Sequence record: PZ452579.1 | Source: a phage | DNA length: 64,000 bases | Reading direction: 5' to 3' (one strand) | Shown: in pieces, positions 50,124-58,677 of the stretch | How the letters are laid out: each line of letters opens with the position of its first letter | Numbering within the stretch: the first letter of the stretch is position 1 | Program-made: the position numbers and the translations under genes | Notes under the pieces: generated by a model | The model's input: the letters and a program-made list of their open reading frames with translations, nothing else | What the model was told of the DNA's origin: nothing | Databases searched by the model: none

Positions 50124-50153
50124 TATAATATCATGTTTGAAGCACATGTAAAC
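50124..50153 (-). promoter_or_regulatory. T4-type early promoter (minus) for motA in a gataggtctata PeSL-like context
   Basis: + strand tataat/ataata - 16-17 nt - tgtaaac. Confidence 0.55.
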
Positions 50154-50170
50154 TGTTTTGTGAGAAAAAT

Positions 50171-50194
50171 GCACAAAAGGGAGCCGAAGCTCCC
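50171..50194 (-). terminator. UUCG-tetraloop hairpin terminator downstream of gene 52
   Basis: gggagc cgaa gctccc; minus RNA hairpin followed by UUUUGUGC. Confidence 0.55.
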
Positions 50195-50270
50195 TAATCA
50201 TGTTTGTCCAACCAATACAGCCAAATCACTAGTGCAGCTATTGCACTGAGAAATCCTAAGGCTAGGGCAC

Positions 50271-51596
50271 TCAAAGTGCCTCCAAGTCTTTAGTGTACTC
50301 TGTCACAACATCAGTAGACTTCCAATACTCATTTTCTTCTTTCTTAGCTTTAGCTTCTTCTGCCAGTTTACGTGCTTCGTCGGAAGTGATATGGAAGATG
50401 TTAAGACCTACCAGTTTATCGACATGTTCTTTATACATTTCGATTTGTGCTAGCTCTTCAGTCAAAGCTTTACGAGTCTTGCCCTGAATCACAATTTCGC
50501 CACTGATAACTTTTTTGATGAAGTGTGCCTTAGCAAAAGCAAGTTTAAATGCTTTTTCAGATTCAAGGATTTTGTTGTCAATACGTTTCTGAACGTAAGT
50601 CTTACGGACTTCAACAAAATCTTTGATTAAGTCCACTACGTTATCGTAGACCGCTAATTTACCCTTTTCATTAATCACTGTGATGTTTTGTGAACGACGT
50701 TCGATGAGACTGAAATCTTTCATGATTTTTTCATGACGTAGCTCTTCATCATCAGGAAGCGAGTACTCTTTACGGAACTTCACCTTAAACCCAAAGCCGT
50801 GTTCACCGCAATCATCTTCCCATGAGATTAGACCTTTATCTTCCAACGGGTCGAGAACCTTACTCACATACGTTTCACGGTCGAATTTATATGGGATTTC
50901 AGTTATCTGCATTTGAGTGCGAGATGTGAACTTATATGTTCCGTGAATCTCATAACGCCCATCAACTTCATGTACTTCACCACGGAATTCCGGGAATTCA
51001 ACTTTTGGCTTAGTGACATTTTTACCTTGAAGAGCTTGTAATACAGCCTTTTTGACTGATTTAAAACTATGAGGCAGAATATTTGTTGCGTAACCGGTTG
51101 CAATACCAGAGACACCATTCAAAAGAACTGTCGGAATAATAGGAAGATAGAATTTTGGTGGAATATGTTCTTTATCTTCATGAGCTGGAGCATATTCAGT
51201 ATCTTTATATACGTTATAGAAATTTTTACTTACACGAGCAAAAATATAACGAGATGCTGCAGCTTTTTGGACTGTTCTAGAACCAAAGTTGCCTTGGCCA
51301 TCTAACAGTGGATAGTTGTTGTTCCATGTGTTAGCCATTAATGCACCTGCATCTTGTGCAGAAGATTCACCATGGTGATAACCTAAATCTGCAACACCGC
51401 CTGCAATTGACGCAAGTTTATGAAATTTTTCTTTATTACCACGAGCCAAATCTAACGCACGATGAACCACAAAACGTTGAACCGGCTTAAATCCATCAAT
51501 CATGTTTGGGATTGCACGGTTTTCAACGGTGTACATCGCATATGCTAAGGCTTCGTTATCAATAATACTTTTTAGATTACGAGAATTCAATTGCAT
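50271..51596 (-). CDS. 52: DNA topoisomerase II medium subunit gp52 (GyrA-like)
   Basis: 441 aa (T4 442 aa); GyrA-type N-terminal domain; synteny. Confidence 0.93.
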   Translation of the reverse strand: MQLNSRNLKSIIDNEALAYAMYTVENRAIPNMIDGFKPVQRFVVHRALDLARGNKEKFHKLASIAGGVADLGYHHGESSAQDAGALMANTWNNNYPLLDGQGNFGSRTVQKAAASRYIFARVSKNFYNVYKDTEYAPAHEDKEHIPPKFYLPIIPTVLLNGVSGIATGYATNILPHSFKSVKKAVLQALQGKNVTKPKVEFPEFRGEVHEVDGRYEIHGTYKFTSRTQMQITEIPYKFDRETYVSKVLDPLEDKGLISWEDDCGEHGFGFKVKFRKEYSLPDDEELRHEKIMKDFSLIERRSQNITVINEKGKLAVYDNVVDLIKDFVEVRKTYVQKRIDNKILESEKAFKLAFAKAHFIKKVISGEIVIQGKTRKALTEELAQIEMYKEHVDKLVGLNIFHITSDEARKLAEEAKAKKEENEYWKSTDVVTEYTKDLEAL

Positions 51597-51600
51597 ATTT

Positions 51601-51741
51601 TCACCATATTAATGAACGAATAACCATTATAACATCTGAAATGAAAAGCACTACTTGGATTAGTCCAAACATCACACCATAGTACAGAACCGTAAGCAAC
51701 AACAAGAGCCCGAAGGCTCCTGCTAAGATTTTCTTAAACAT
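51601..51741 (-). CDS. Small hydrophobic membrane protein (46 aa), 52.1/ac/stp region; absent from track
   Basis: Manual translation MFKKILAGAFGLLLLLTVLYYGVMFGLIQVVLFISDVIMVIRSLIW; stop 4 nt before gene 52 ATG. Confidence 0.45.
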   Translation of the reverse strand: MFKKILAGAFGLLLLLTVLYYGVMFGLIQVVLFISDVIMVIRSLIW

Positions 51742-51887
51742 TACTCGCCTTTTAATACGTTAAGAAGAGCTAAGACCGCTAAGGTACCTTGTGATACGGC
51801 CTGTTGAAATACTGTTGTTTCGCCTGTAACTAAAGTGTTAACGAATAAAAACGACCAACACAGCAATGCAATAATCCATGCTACCAT
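51741..51887 (-). CDS. Small hydrophobic membrane protein (48 aa), possibly ac-like; absent from track
   Basis: Manual translation MVAWIIALLCWSFLFVNTLVTGETTVFQQAVSQGTLAVLALLNVLKGE; TAATG overlap with the next ORF. Confidence 0.45.
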   Translation of the reverse strand: MVAWIIALLCWSFLFVNTLVTGETTVFQQAVSQGTLAVLALLNVLKGE

Positions 51888-51939
51888 TTTAATTACCTCA
51901 AAAATAAATTAAAGGCCTATTAAGCTAGGCCTATATAAA

Positions 51940-52386
51940 TTAGTAACTCTGCAGAATGAATTTGAAATTATCTGCCAGAAGACGGTTCATTTCAGTGAGT
52001 GTTTGATATTCTGATGTATGATTGCGAGTGAATGCCAGAGCCAATTGTCCTTTACCGTAACCAGTAGTCAGGGGTTTCATGTTCTTAGCTGCAACAAAGA
52101 TTACATCATATTCAATATTGTTAGTGCCCATGGTACGGGCTAGTTGCGAACGGCCTTGACGAATGTGAGAAAGAATTGCATCCAACCCTTGTTTAGAACG
52201 TTGACGTCCTACAAAGAATCGTGCTGCTACTTGTCGCCAATCAGATGAACCTTTAACAAAGAAGTAAAAACCTTCACGAGAACGAAACTCTTTAGAAACT
52301 TCAGAACCGTATTCACCATTACGAACTACTGCAACAACTTCACCACCAACTGCCAGAAGGTCTTTACGAGTTAAATATTTGGACAT
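51940..52386 (-). CDS. ndd: Ndd nucleoid disruption protein
   Basis: 148 aa; matches T4 Ndd (NQRSKQG...[51 protein letters not shown]). Confidence 0.92.
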   Translation of the reverse strand: MSKYLTRKDLLAVGGEVVAVVRNGEYGSEVSKEFRSREGFYFFVKGSSDWRQVAARFFVGRQRSKQGLDAILSHIRQGRSQLARTMGTNNIEYDVIFVAAKNMKPLTTGYGKGQLALAFTRNHTSEYQTLTEMNRLLADNFKFILQSY

Positions 52387-52430
52387 ACTAATTTCCTCAA
52401 TTGATTAATGTTTTTGTAATCCATGAGAGC

Positions 52431-52460
52431 ATTATACTCTGCTCTCAAGAGTTTGTACAA
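52431..52460 (-). promoter_or_regulatory. T4-type early promoter (minus) for ndd; near-copy of the promoter at 23755
   Basis: + strand gagagca ttatactc tgctctc aagagtt tgtacaa; -10 TATAAT inside an inverted repeat. Confidence 0.6.
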
Positions 52461-52462
52461 TT

Positions 52463-52663
52463 TTATTCGGTCATATCAGAACGTTCAAAAAGCTCTTCAA
52501 CAGTTAAACATTCGGTGTCATCCTCAATAAAGAATCGGGTCCAACACGTTGGGGCGATGCAGTTATGAGTTTGTCCGGCTATAGAAGCTACACGAATAAG
52601 CTGCTGACCATTATTCAGGACAAATTTTTCACCAATTTCAACATCTTTAAAAAGCTTAGCCAT
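52463..52663 (-). CDS. Hypothetical protein (ndd.x region)
   Basis: 66-aa ORF. Confidence 0.55.
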   Translation of the reverse strand: MAKLFKDVEIGEKFVLNNGQQLIRVASIAGQTHNCIAPTCWTRFFIEDDTECLTVEELFERSDMTE

Positions 52664-52692
52664 TTTGATTTCCTCATGTTGTTGATAGGACT

Positions 52693-52722
52693 ACTATACC
52701 ATAATCCTACCTTGATGTAAAC
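52693..52722 (-). promoter_or_regulatory. T4-type early promoter (minus): -10 TATAGT, -35 GTTTACA
   Basis: + strand actata - 17 nt - tgtaaac, gataggactacta context. Confidence 0.55.
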
Positions 52723-52914
52723 AATTAAATTACATTAAAATATGTTAAAGCCAACCATGTTCCAGTGAACGAACATGCGATGTAAAAACCCGTATCACAA
52801 ATTGTTCTTAGTACAATAAGAAGTGCATTTTTCATAAGTACCTCAATACAATTGAAAATATTATACAAATCATAGGGATACTAAGCAACCATATTCCGAT
52901 CCACATTTTAGAGC

Positions 52915-53178
52915 TCATATCTCAACTTCCGCGAGTTCCATATATCCTTTGTTGATAACCTCTTTAAGGTCTTTAGAAAGAATAACACTAAAATGGTCGT
53001 TCATATGTCCATTAACTAAACGAGTTATTTCGGCTTCAGATGACATATAAGGCACGTCTGAGTCCCAATGAGATAGACCTAAATGGGTATAAATCATCCC
53101 TTCGTCGTCTGCAGTGTTGTACATTGAAACAAATTCGCCTGTTACTTTATGTTTTGCGTAGAAAAATTTAAATTTCAT
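52915..53178 (-). CDS. Hypothetical protein (ndd.x region)
   Basis: 87-aa ORF. Confidence 0.55.
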   Translation of the reverse strand: MKFKFFYAKHKVTGEFVSMYNTADDEGMIYTHLGLSHWDSDVPYMSSEAEITRLVNGHMNDHFSVILSKDLKEVINKGYMELAEVEI

Positions 53179-53204
53179 GATGTTATCCTCTTTTAGATAG
53201 GACT

Positions 53205-53234
53205 ACTATATCATAGTCCTACTTAGTTGTAAAC
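53205..53234 (-). promoter_or_regulatory. T4-type early promoter (minus) with aggacta/tagtcct inverted repeat
   Basis: + strand actata - 17 nt - tgtaaac. Confidence 0.55.
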
Positions 53235-53246
53235 ACTTTTATGAAA

Positions 53247-53867
53247 TTAAAGATGAAGATACCACCCGTTGTAGTTGCTCTTGCGGACGATTTTCTTTAG
53301 GTCTTCATGGTCTCCCACGAACTTTATAGAATAAGAGAAGACGTCAGGTGAGGTTTCTTTGACATCTAATATAATAATGCAATCTGCGACTCGATGGTTC
53401 AAGAAGGGCCCTATATTGATTCCATTACCACCAGGATAATCACCACTGTATCCTGTGGTAACCGAAATCCATTTAGAATCTATCTGGTGCGTCTTGACTT
53501 CGACACGCAACCCGCAGTATTTAGGATGAGCTAACACGTCCCATGCATACGTGTACGGGTCTTCTACGTCTTCATTACCTTTATTAACATATCCGTCTAG
53601 CCAATTTGCTACTACATACTCTGCAAAGACTGCAACCTTACAACGTCGAACAACGTCTTCTTTTATTTGACCTGGATCTTGTTTCAACGAGTACCGAGCA
53701 GTATCAGCGATCTTAACCTTCATTTCGCTAGTCAAAAACTCATTCGACAGGATAAATGTCGGAAGACTCTTCAGCCTCAACAGCCCCAAGTTCGTCTTTA
53801 CCATAGATACCTCTGATGTGTAGTTCACCAAAATAAATGCGGTCACCTTCTTCAAGATATTCTGCAT
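53247..53867 (-). CDS. Possible endonuclease IV (denB) by position; start uncertain
   Basis: 206-aa ORF; the internal Met at 53804 would give 185 aa, the T4 DenB length; sequence not verified from memory. Confidence 0.4.
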   Translation of the reverse strand: MQNILKKVTAFILVNYTSEVSMVKTNLGLLRLKSLPTFILSNEFLTSEMKVKIADTARYSLKQDPGQIKEDVVRRCKVAVFAEYVVANWLDGYVNKGNEDVEDPYTYAWDVLAHPKYCGLRVEVKTHQIDSKWISVTTGYSGDYPGGNGINIGPFLNHRVADCIIILDVKETSPDVFSYSIKFVGDHEDLKKIVRKSNYNGWYLHL

Positions 53868-54027
53868 CTACAGGCGGAATTTCAATAACAACTTCGTCGC
53901 ATTCTAACCAGCCGTAGTGTGCATCGCCAGGATGTTTTACCAATTTAGCACAATAAACTGATTTACACTTATGATGACCACGAAGATTAGCAATTTTGGA
54001 TTCTGATACGTCAAATGGATGAATCAT
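53740..54027 (-). CDS. Hypothetical protein between rIIB and the denB-like ORF
   Basis: 95-aa ORF; overlaps the longest version of the downstream ORF. Confidence 0.5.
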   Translation of the reverse strand: MIHPFDVSESKIANLRGHHKCKSVYCAKLVKHPGDAHYGWLECDEVVIEIPPVDAEYLEEGDRIYFGELHIRGIYGKDELGAVEAEESSDIYPVE

Positions 54028-54041
54028 AATTACCCCTAAAG

Positions 54042-54063
54042 AAAAAAGGGGGCCGAAGTCCCC
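54042..54063 (-). terminator. Hairpin terminator downstream of rIIB
   Basis: gggggccgaagtcccc preceded on + strand by an A6 run (U-tract on minus RNA). Confidence 0.5.
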
Positions 54064-54068
54064 AATTA

Positions 54069-55004
54069 TTATTCTGCAAATAATTCAGTAACGTCTGAAA
54101 TTACTTCGTAACGACAAGTACGCATCTTAGCATCACCATAGTCAACTGGGATAGACACAACATCACGTGGATGAACTTTAACCTTAACAACTTTATCTGA
54201 GCTAGAACCAAAGTAACGAATATATGATTTAGCACAAACATGTAGACCACGTGAGCAGGTTTGAGTATCATCATCGTTAACACGAGTACGAGGCATTGAA
54301 ACAACTTTACCAGGCGAGTTATCAAATGTGCCGCTATAGCAATCTAAATAGTCTTTACGAACTACTTTCCACGCATAGAAATGCCCATCTTCAGTGATTT
54401 CAATATCATTTGCAACCAAGAAGTCGAATAAACGTTGTACAGCTTTTTCGCTTGGGTTTTCTAACAGGTTTTCAAGGAACGGCAGATAGAATTTAAAGTC
54501 TTCGCCTTTTTCCATAGAATCAATAATACGATTAACCAGTCCTGAACGAATTTCTATACCTTGATAAAATAAACTACCACCTTCAATAGTAACATTACCG
54601 TCAACAAACTTAGTAATAGCTTTCTTGATGTTAATAAGTTCGACAGCTTTACTAAGGTTTCCTGCGACCAAATTAGCTTTAATTTCTTCAAAATTTGCAT
54701 GACTTGATGGGGTCGCATTGTATGCTACGCGTCCTTCAATGATTGAAATAAATTTAGATGACGCGTTCCATACGATTTCTGGACGATGACCGGTAATAAT
54801 AGGTTCATTATTTTCTGGGACCTGTTCTTCGTCTTCAAATTCAGCTGCTTTCTCTTCATCTTTAAAATTCTTAACAATCTTACGAAGAGTATCTGTTGAA
54901 ATGTCGAAGTAATCGGCAATTTCTTTACGAGTCCATTTGCCCGATTCAACCAGGCCGTAAGCTTCTAACTGTTCTTCTTGGGACAAGCATTTGATATTGT
55001 ACAT
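54069..55004 (-). CDS. rIIB: rIIB membrane-associated protein
   Basis: 311 aa; strong identity to T4 rIIB (MYNIKCL..., C-terminal PRTRVNDDDTQTCSRGLHVCAKSYIRYFGSSSD). Confidence 0.95.
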   Translation of the reverse strand: MYNIKCLSQEEQLEAYGLVESGKWTRKEIADYFDISTDTLRKIVKNFKDEEKAAEFEDEEQVPENNEPIITGHRPEIVWNASSKFISIIEGRVAYNATPSSHANFEEIKANLVAGNLSKAVELINIKKAITKFVDGNVTIEGGSLFYQGIEIRSGLVNRIIDSMEKGEDFKFYLPFLENLLENPSEKAVQRLFDFLVANDIEITEDGHFYAWKVVRKDYLDCYSGTFDNSPGKVVSMPRTRVNDDDTQTCSRGLHVCAKSYIRYFGSSSDKVVKVKVHPRDVVSIPVDYGDAKMRTCRYEVISDVTELFAE

Positions 55005-55013
55005 AATGTTTCC

Positions 55014-57227
55014 TTATTTGGCCGCTTCCACGGCCTTCATGAATTTAACGATTTGAGCGACTTGTTCTTTAGAAAGAGTACCACGTCGTCCCATGTAGTC
55101 TGACACAATATGATAATTGGTTTCGAATTCAATAACCATTTTATCATCATTATCGTAAGCATTATCTTTAAGCTTATCGAAAATTTTAGCACACAATTCT
55201 AACTTCCTGTTCAGGTCTCTGTTATCAGCACCTGCGAATCGATTCCATCCCCAACGATTATTTACTGTTGAAAGTTTTGCAAAATCTTTACTTATTTCTT
55301 TGTTCTTAGAGCTAAAATACTTACTAAGGAAGTTAAGCTCTTCATTACGAGTAATATGATTCAAATAAGGCTGTGCTCTACGACTTGGTGATACATACTC
55401 ATCATAATCCACTTTATCAATTAGCGTAATATAGTCATTAATTGATTTTTCGAACAAGCATTCTACTTCACCAAGTTTACGAACTTTCTTAGCAATCTGT
55501 GGACGGACTACAGTGAACTCTTTAATACCTGACAAATCAGCGATGCGGGTCAAGAAATTAGAATCATAGTTCAACCAACCTTTATCTGCGTCAAGACATT
55601 CAGCGTTAGAACGATTACGAATTACAACATAACCTTGAATCTCATCAGCTTCACTCGCTGGAATAAAGAGATCTTCTGATACCCAAACATCGTTTTCATT
55701 CTTAAAGAACCGATGAGCGCTTGGGGATTTAGGACGAGGCTGCGATGAACGTTCTTTAACTTCAATCCATGGTTTAACTAATGCAAGAATTTCAGAGGTC
55801 TTATAAAATTTAAGGCTATCACCAGCGAAAATAACCTTTAATCGTTCCAGAAGTTTCATTGCAACTTCATCTTCCGGGTTAATGAATAATACGCTACTAC
55901 CCAGTCCGGAAGGAACCTTATCAACGAGTGTTGATGCATCCGTGGAAGTCAAAGCATCATTCAGAGCACGCATCATTGGTACTCGGCCTTTCACATCGTC
56001 AATAACAATATCAATATGCTTACGACTAATACCTAGCAGGCTATTAATTGAAATAGTTGCAGACGAGCTTCCGCTTTCACGAATACGACGAAGTCGTGGG
56101 TCTGAAACGATATCGTATACAACACCAAGGTTGCACCATTCGGGACCCATTTTAAACCGTTTGTACAACTCAGAATAAGTTAGCTGTTCTTTAGAATATT
56201 TCAGTGATTCAATATTAGAACCAGCTTTTTCCATGTATTTACGAGCAGAGTAACCAAGAGAATCGATTTCACGGAATACATGACGTGGATATTCACAATC
56301 AATCCATTTCTTAGAATCTTCAGCAAATAATTTTGCATCAATTTCTGCAACACGTTTATGGATATTTGCTACTGTACGTTTATCAAATGACAATGCTTCA
56401 CGAGACGGAGCTACATCTAGTTCACCCATAGGGAATTTAATATAAGCTGTAGTGCATCGCGTCATCATCCATGTTTGTTCTTTAATAACACTTCCGATTG
56501 GATATACAATACCACCATAAACAGCCATGATATTACCACGTTCACCCCATGGAGCTTCCTTGGCTAAATAAACATCATCGAATTCCGGGAAGTATTTGAT
56601 ATCTTTAACACCACGAACTTCTGCAATATCGCCGAGAGGACGCATAACATAAGCAATTTCGGATGCGAACTTTTCAAAATCTTCTGGGTTAACAGGCACA
56701 ACTACTTCAACGCCGGTTCGGTCATCAGGACCCATCTTATCTACGAAGGTTGGCTTAATTTGTGGACCTGTGTCATCTTGGTAGATTACGTAACCACGAA
56801 CTTCACCGTTGTGATAAGACGTAAGGTTAAATGTATCGGTATATGCTAGTGGAGCTTTAGAGCCGAGTCCGAATCCACCAATGAAATCGTTACTCGATGT
56901 TTTAGTTGAAGCAAAATATGAATTATAGATTCCTGGCTCTTCGTCATTACCTCGAATAGTGAAATCACTCATACCAGGACCAAAGTCTCGAACTACAAAA
57001 CGTGGGTCTAAACGACCTGGAGCCTGAACAATAAACTTATCAGTGCAACCATTAAGAATTTGTCCATCGATACAGTTTGTGATTAATTCACGTACACAAG
57101 CCAATTCTTTGTTTGTATAAAGGTCATTAGACAAAATCTTATAAACTTTGCTATTGCCTTGAATAGTGAATGCTGTGCTCTTACCGCCTGAACCAATAAT
57201 CGTTTCTTTAGCCGTTTCAATAATCAT
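55014..57227 (-). CDS. rIIA: rIIA protein
   Basis: 737 aa (T4 725 aa); N-terminal MIIETAKETI...; synteny with rIIB. Confidence 0.93.
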   Translation of the reverse strand: MIIETAKETIIGSGGKSTAFTIQGNSKVYKILSNDLYTNKELACVRELITNCIDGQILNGCTDKFIVQAPGRLDPRFVVRDFGPGMSDFTIRGNDEEPGIYNSYFASTKTSSNDFIGGFGLGSKAPLAYTDTFNLTSYHNGEVRGYVIYQDDTGPQIKPTFVDKMGPDDRTGVEVVVPVNPEDFEKFASEIAYVMRPLGDIAEVRGVKDIKYFPEFDDVYLAKEAPWGERGNIMAVYGGIVYPIGSVIKEQTWMMTRCTTAYIKFPMGELDVAPSREALSFDKRTVANIHKRVAEIDAKLFAEDSKKWIDCEYPRHVFREIDSLGYSARKYMEKAGSNIESLKYSKEQLTYSELYKRFKMGPEWCNLGVVYDIVSDPRLRRIRESGSSSATISINSLLGISRKHIDIVIDDVKGRVPMMRALNDALTSTDASTLVDKVPSGLGSSVLFINPEDEVAMKLLERLKVIFAGDSLKFYKTSEILALVKPWIEVKERSSQPRPKSPSAHRFFKNENDVWVSEDLFIPASEADEIQGYVVIRNRSNAECLDADKGWLNYDSNFLTRIADLSGIKEFTVVRPQIAKKVRKLGEVECLFEKSINDYITLIDKVDYDEYVSPSRRAQPYLNHITRNEELNFLSKYFSSKNKEISKDFAKLSTVNNRWGWNRFAGADNRDLNRKLELCAKIFDKLKDNAYDNDDKMVIEFETNYHIVSDYMGRRGTLSKEQVAQIVKFMKAVEAAK

Positions 57228-57239
57228 ATTTTTCTCTCA

Positions 57240-57440
57240 TCACAAGTTACGTTTAAAAATTTCTGCTACTTCAAGAAGTTCTTCTTTAGTAGCTGTATCG
57301 GTTTGTATTTTATATCGAATTTCTTTAAAGCGTTCTTTAAAGGACTCTGCTGATTCGATATCAAAAAATCTTTGGATAAGCCGGAATTCCCGGAGCACTG
57401 CTTTATCAAAAAGTTCCAAGTCCACGTTATATGTTCTCAT
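57240..57440 (-). CDS. rIIA.1: rIIA.1 small protein
   Basis: 66-aa ORF immediately upstream of rIIA. Confidence 0.7.
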   Translation of the reverse strand: MRTYNVDLELFDKAVLREFRLIQRFFDIESAESFKERFKEIRYKIQTDTATKEELLEVAEIFKRNL

Positions 57441-57458
57441 AATATTCTCTTCAGTAGA

Positions 57459-57527
57459 TTCCTAGGGCACTATTACTAAAGACCATATAATCTATCATCT
57501 TATGTGTAATAGTGCCTCAGGCTATTC
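57459..57527. repeat. Inverted repeat (about 12-bp arms, ~30-nt spacer) between rIIA.1 and the glycosyltransferase-like gene
   Basis: gggcactattac ... gtaatagtgcc with a TATAAT-containing spacer. Confidence 0.5.
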
Positions 57528-57532
57528 AGGAT

Positions 57533-58633
57533 TTACGCTGTGAAGATTTTATCCCACATCGCAACAACTGCATCTCGGTTATACTTCTTCCATACTGCTT
57601 CAGCACGTTTAACTCGAGCTTCGTACGTGTCAGTGAATTCTAATACAGCTTTTGTGTAAAGCGCAACTACTTCTTTCTTAGGAGTAGAGGAATCAATTTC
57701 TACACGCACAGTATCTGGGTCGTATTCAAATGTCGCATGAGGATAATCCTTAAAAACTAACTGGATTACAGGGACACCTTTAGAGATGGCTTCAATAGAA
57801 CTATTCTCTACCGTACCTGTGTCAGGACACGTATTAATAAGTGCTTTAGCTGTTTTAAGACGTTCCATGATTTCACTGTGTGGAGCATCAATAATAACAG
57901 GATACTTAGCCGGTGGTGCCCATTTGCTTGGACAATAACCAATACCATTTTCGCCTAGTGCTTTAATCGCTTCAAGAGCAACATCAGTACGACGCATTTT
58001 AGTGTCATAACGTTGTGCACTAATAATCAGATCAGTCGCCGGAAGAACTTCAGGTTTCTCATTCAAACAAATAACCGGATAATCTTCGGCTTCAAACAAC
58101 GGATTTGCTCGCCAATAATCATAATCAATTTTGTCAGTCAGACCTGAAGTCATATGACAATATTTGCGTTCAAATTCACGGAAGGCTTTAGTAGGAGCAT
58201 AACTCTTACCACCATTCTTATGAATTTGAATAGTCTGGTCCCAAATTTGAACAATGCCACGAGATACCGGTTCAAATGGTGTTGCCATAAAATTCTTATG
58301 AACTTTAGAGAGACCTGCGTCTTTAATTGCCTGAACGGTTAGTTTAGTCGGTTCCATAGTAACAACAAAATCGTATTCATGGATGCCGGCTAGTTCAACA
58401 ATCTTACGAGCCATAGTATAACTCATACCTAGACTGAATTTAGTCAGATGACCAACAGGATGATGATTAACTTTCCAATCACCAAATGTGTCATTATCAA
58501 AACCGATATAATCAATATCGGCACCAATAGAAACTAAATATTTCAACACATTTAAATGTACTGCTTCAAGACCACCTTGTACACGGTCAGGATTAAATGG
58601 GACTGCACGAGATGGGATAAACATAACTTTCAT
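57533..58633 (-). CDS. Putative GT-B fold glycosyltransferase (GT4-like), inserted between rIIA.1 and gene 39
   Basis: 366 aa; N-terminal MKVMFIPSRAVPFNPDRVQGGLE and C-terminal ENSSIEAISKGVPVIQL resembling GT4 donor-binding motifs; fold assignment is motif-based only. Confidence 0.55.
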   Translation of the reverse strand: MKVMFIPSRAVPFNPDRVQGGLEAVHLNVLKYLVSIGADIDYIGFDNDTFGDWKVNHHPVGHLTKFSLGMSYTMARKIVELAGIHEYDFVVTMEPTKLTVQAIKDAGLSKVHKNFMATPFEPVSRGIVQIWDQTIQIHKNGGKSYAPTKAFREFERKYCHMTSGLTDKIDYDYWRANPLFEAEDYPVICLNEKPEVLPATDLIISAQRYDTKMRRTDVALEAIKALGENGIGYCPSKWAPPAKYPVIIDAPHSEIMERLKTAKALINTCPDTGTVENSSIEAISKGVPVIQLVFKDYPHATFEYDPDTVRVEIDSSTPKKEVVALYTKAVLEFTDTYEARVKRAEAVWKKYNRDAVVAMWDKIFTA

Positions 58634-58659
58634 AATTAAGCCTTATTAAAATTAAAATG

Positions 58660-58677
58660 AAGCTCCCGAAGGAGCTT
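58660..58677 (-). other. UUCG-tetraloop hairpin overlapping the gene 39 stop codon
   Basis: aagctcc cgaa ggagctt. Confidence 0.5.

Noticed and set aside
51701-51720. agagcccgaaggctcc hairpin resembling the terminator family
   Set aside because: It lies inside the small membrane-protein ORF (encoding AGAFGLL), so it is not annotated as a terminator, though it could still fold.
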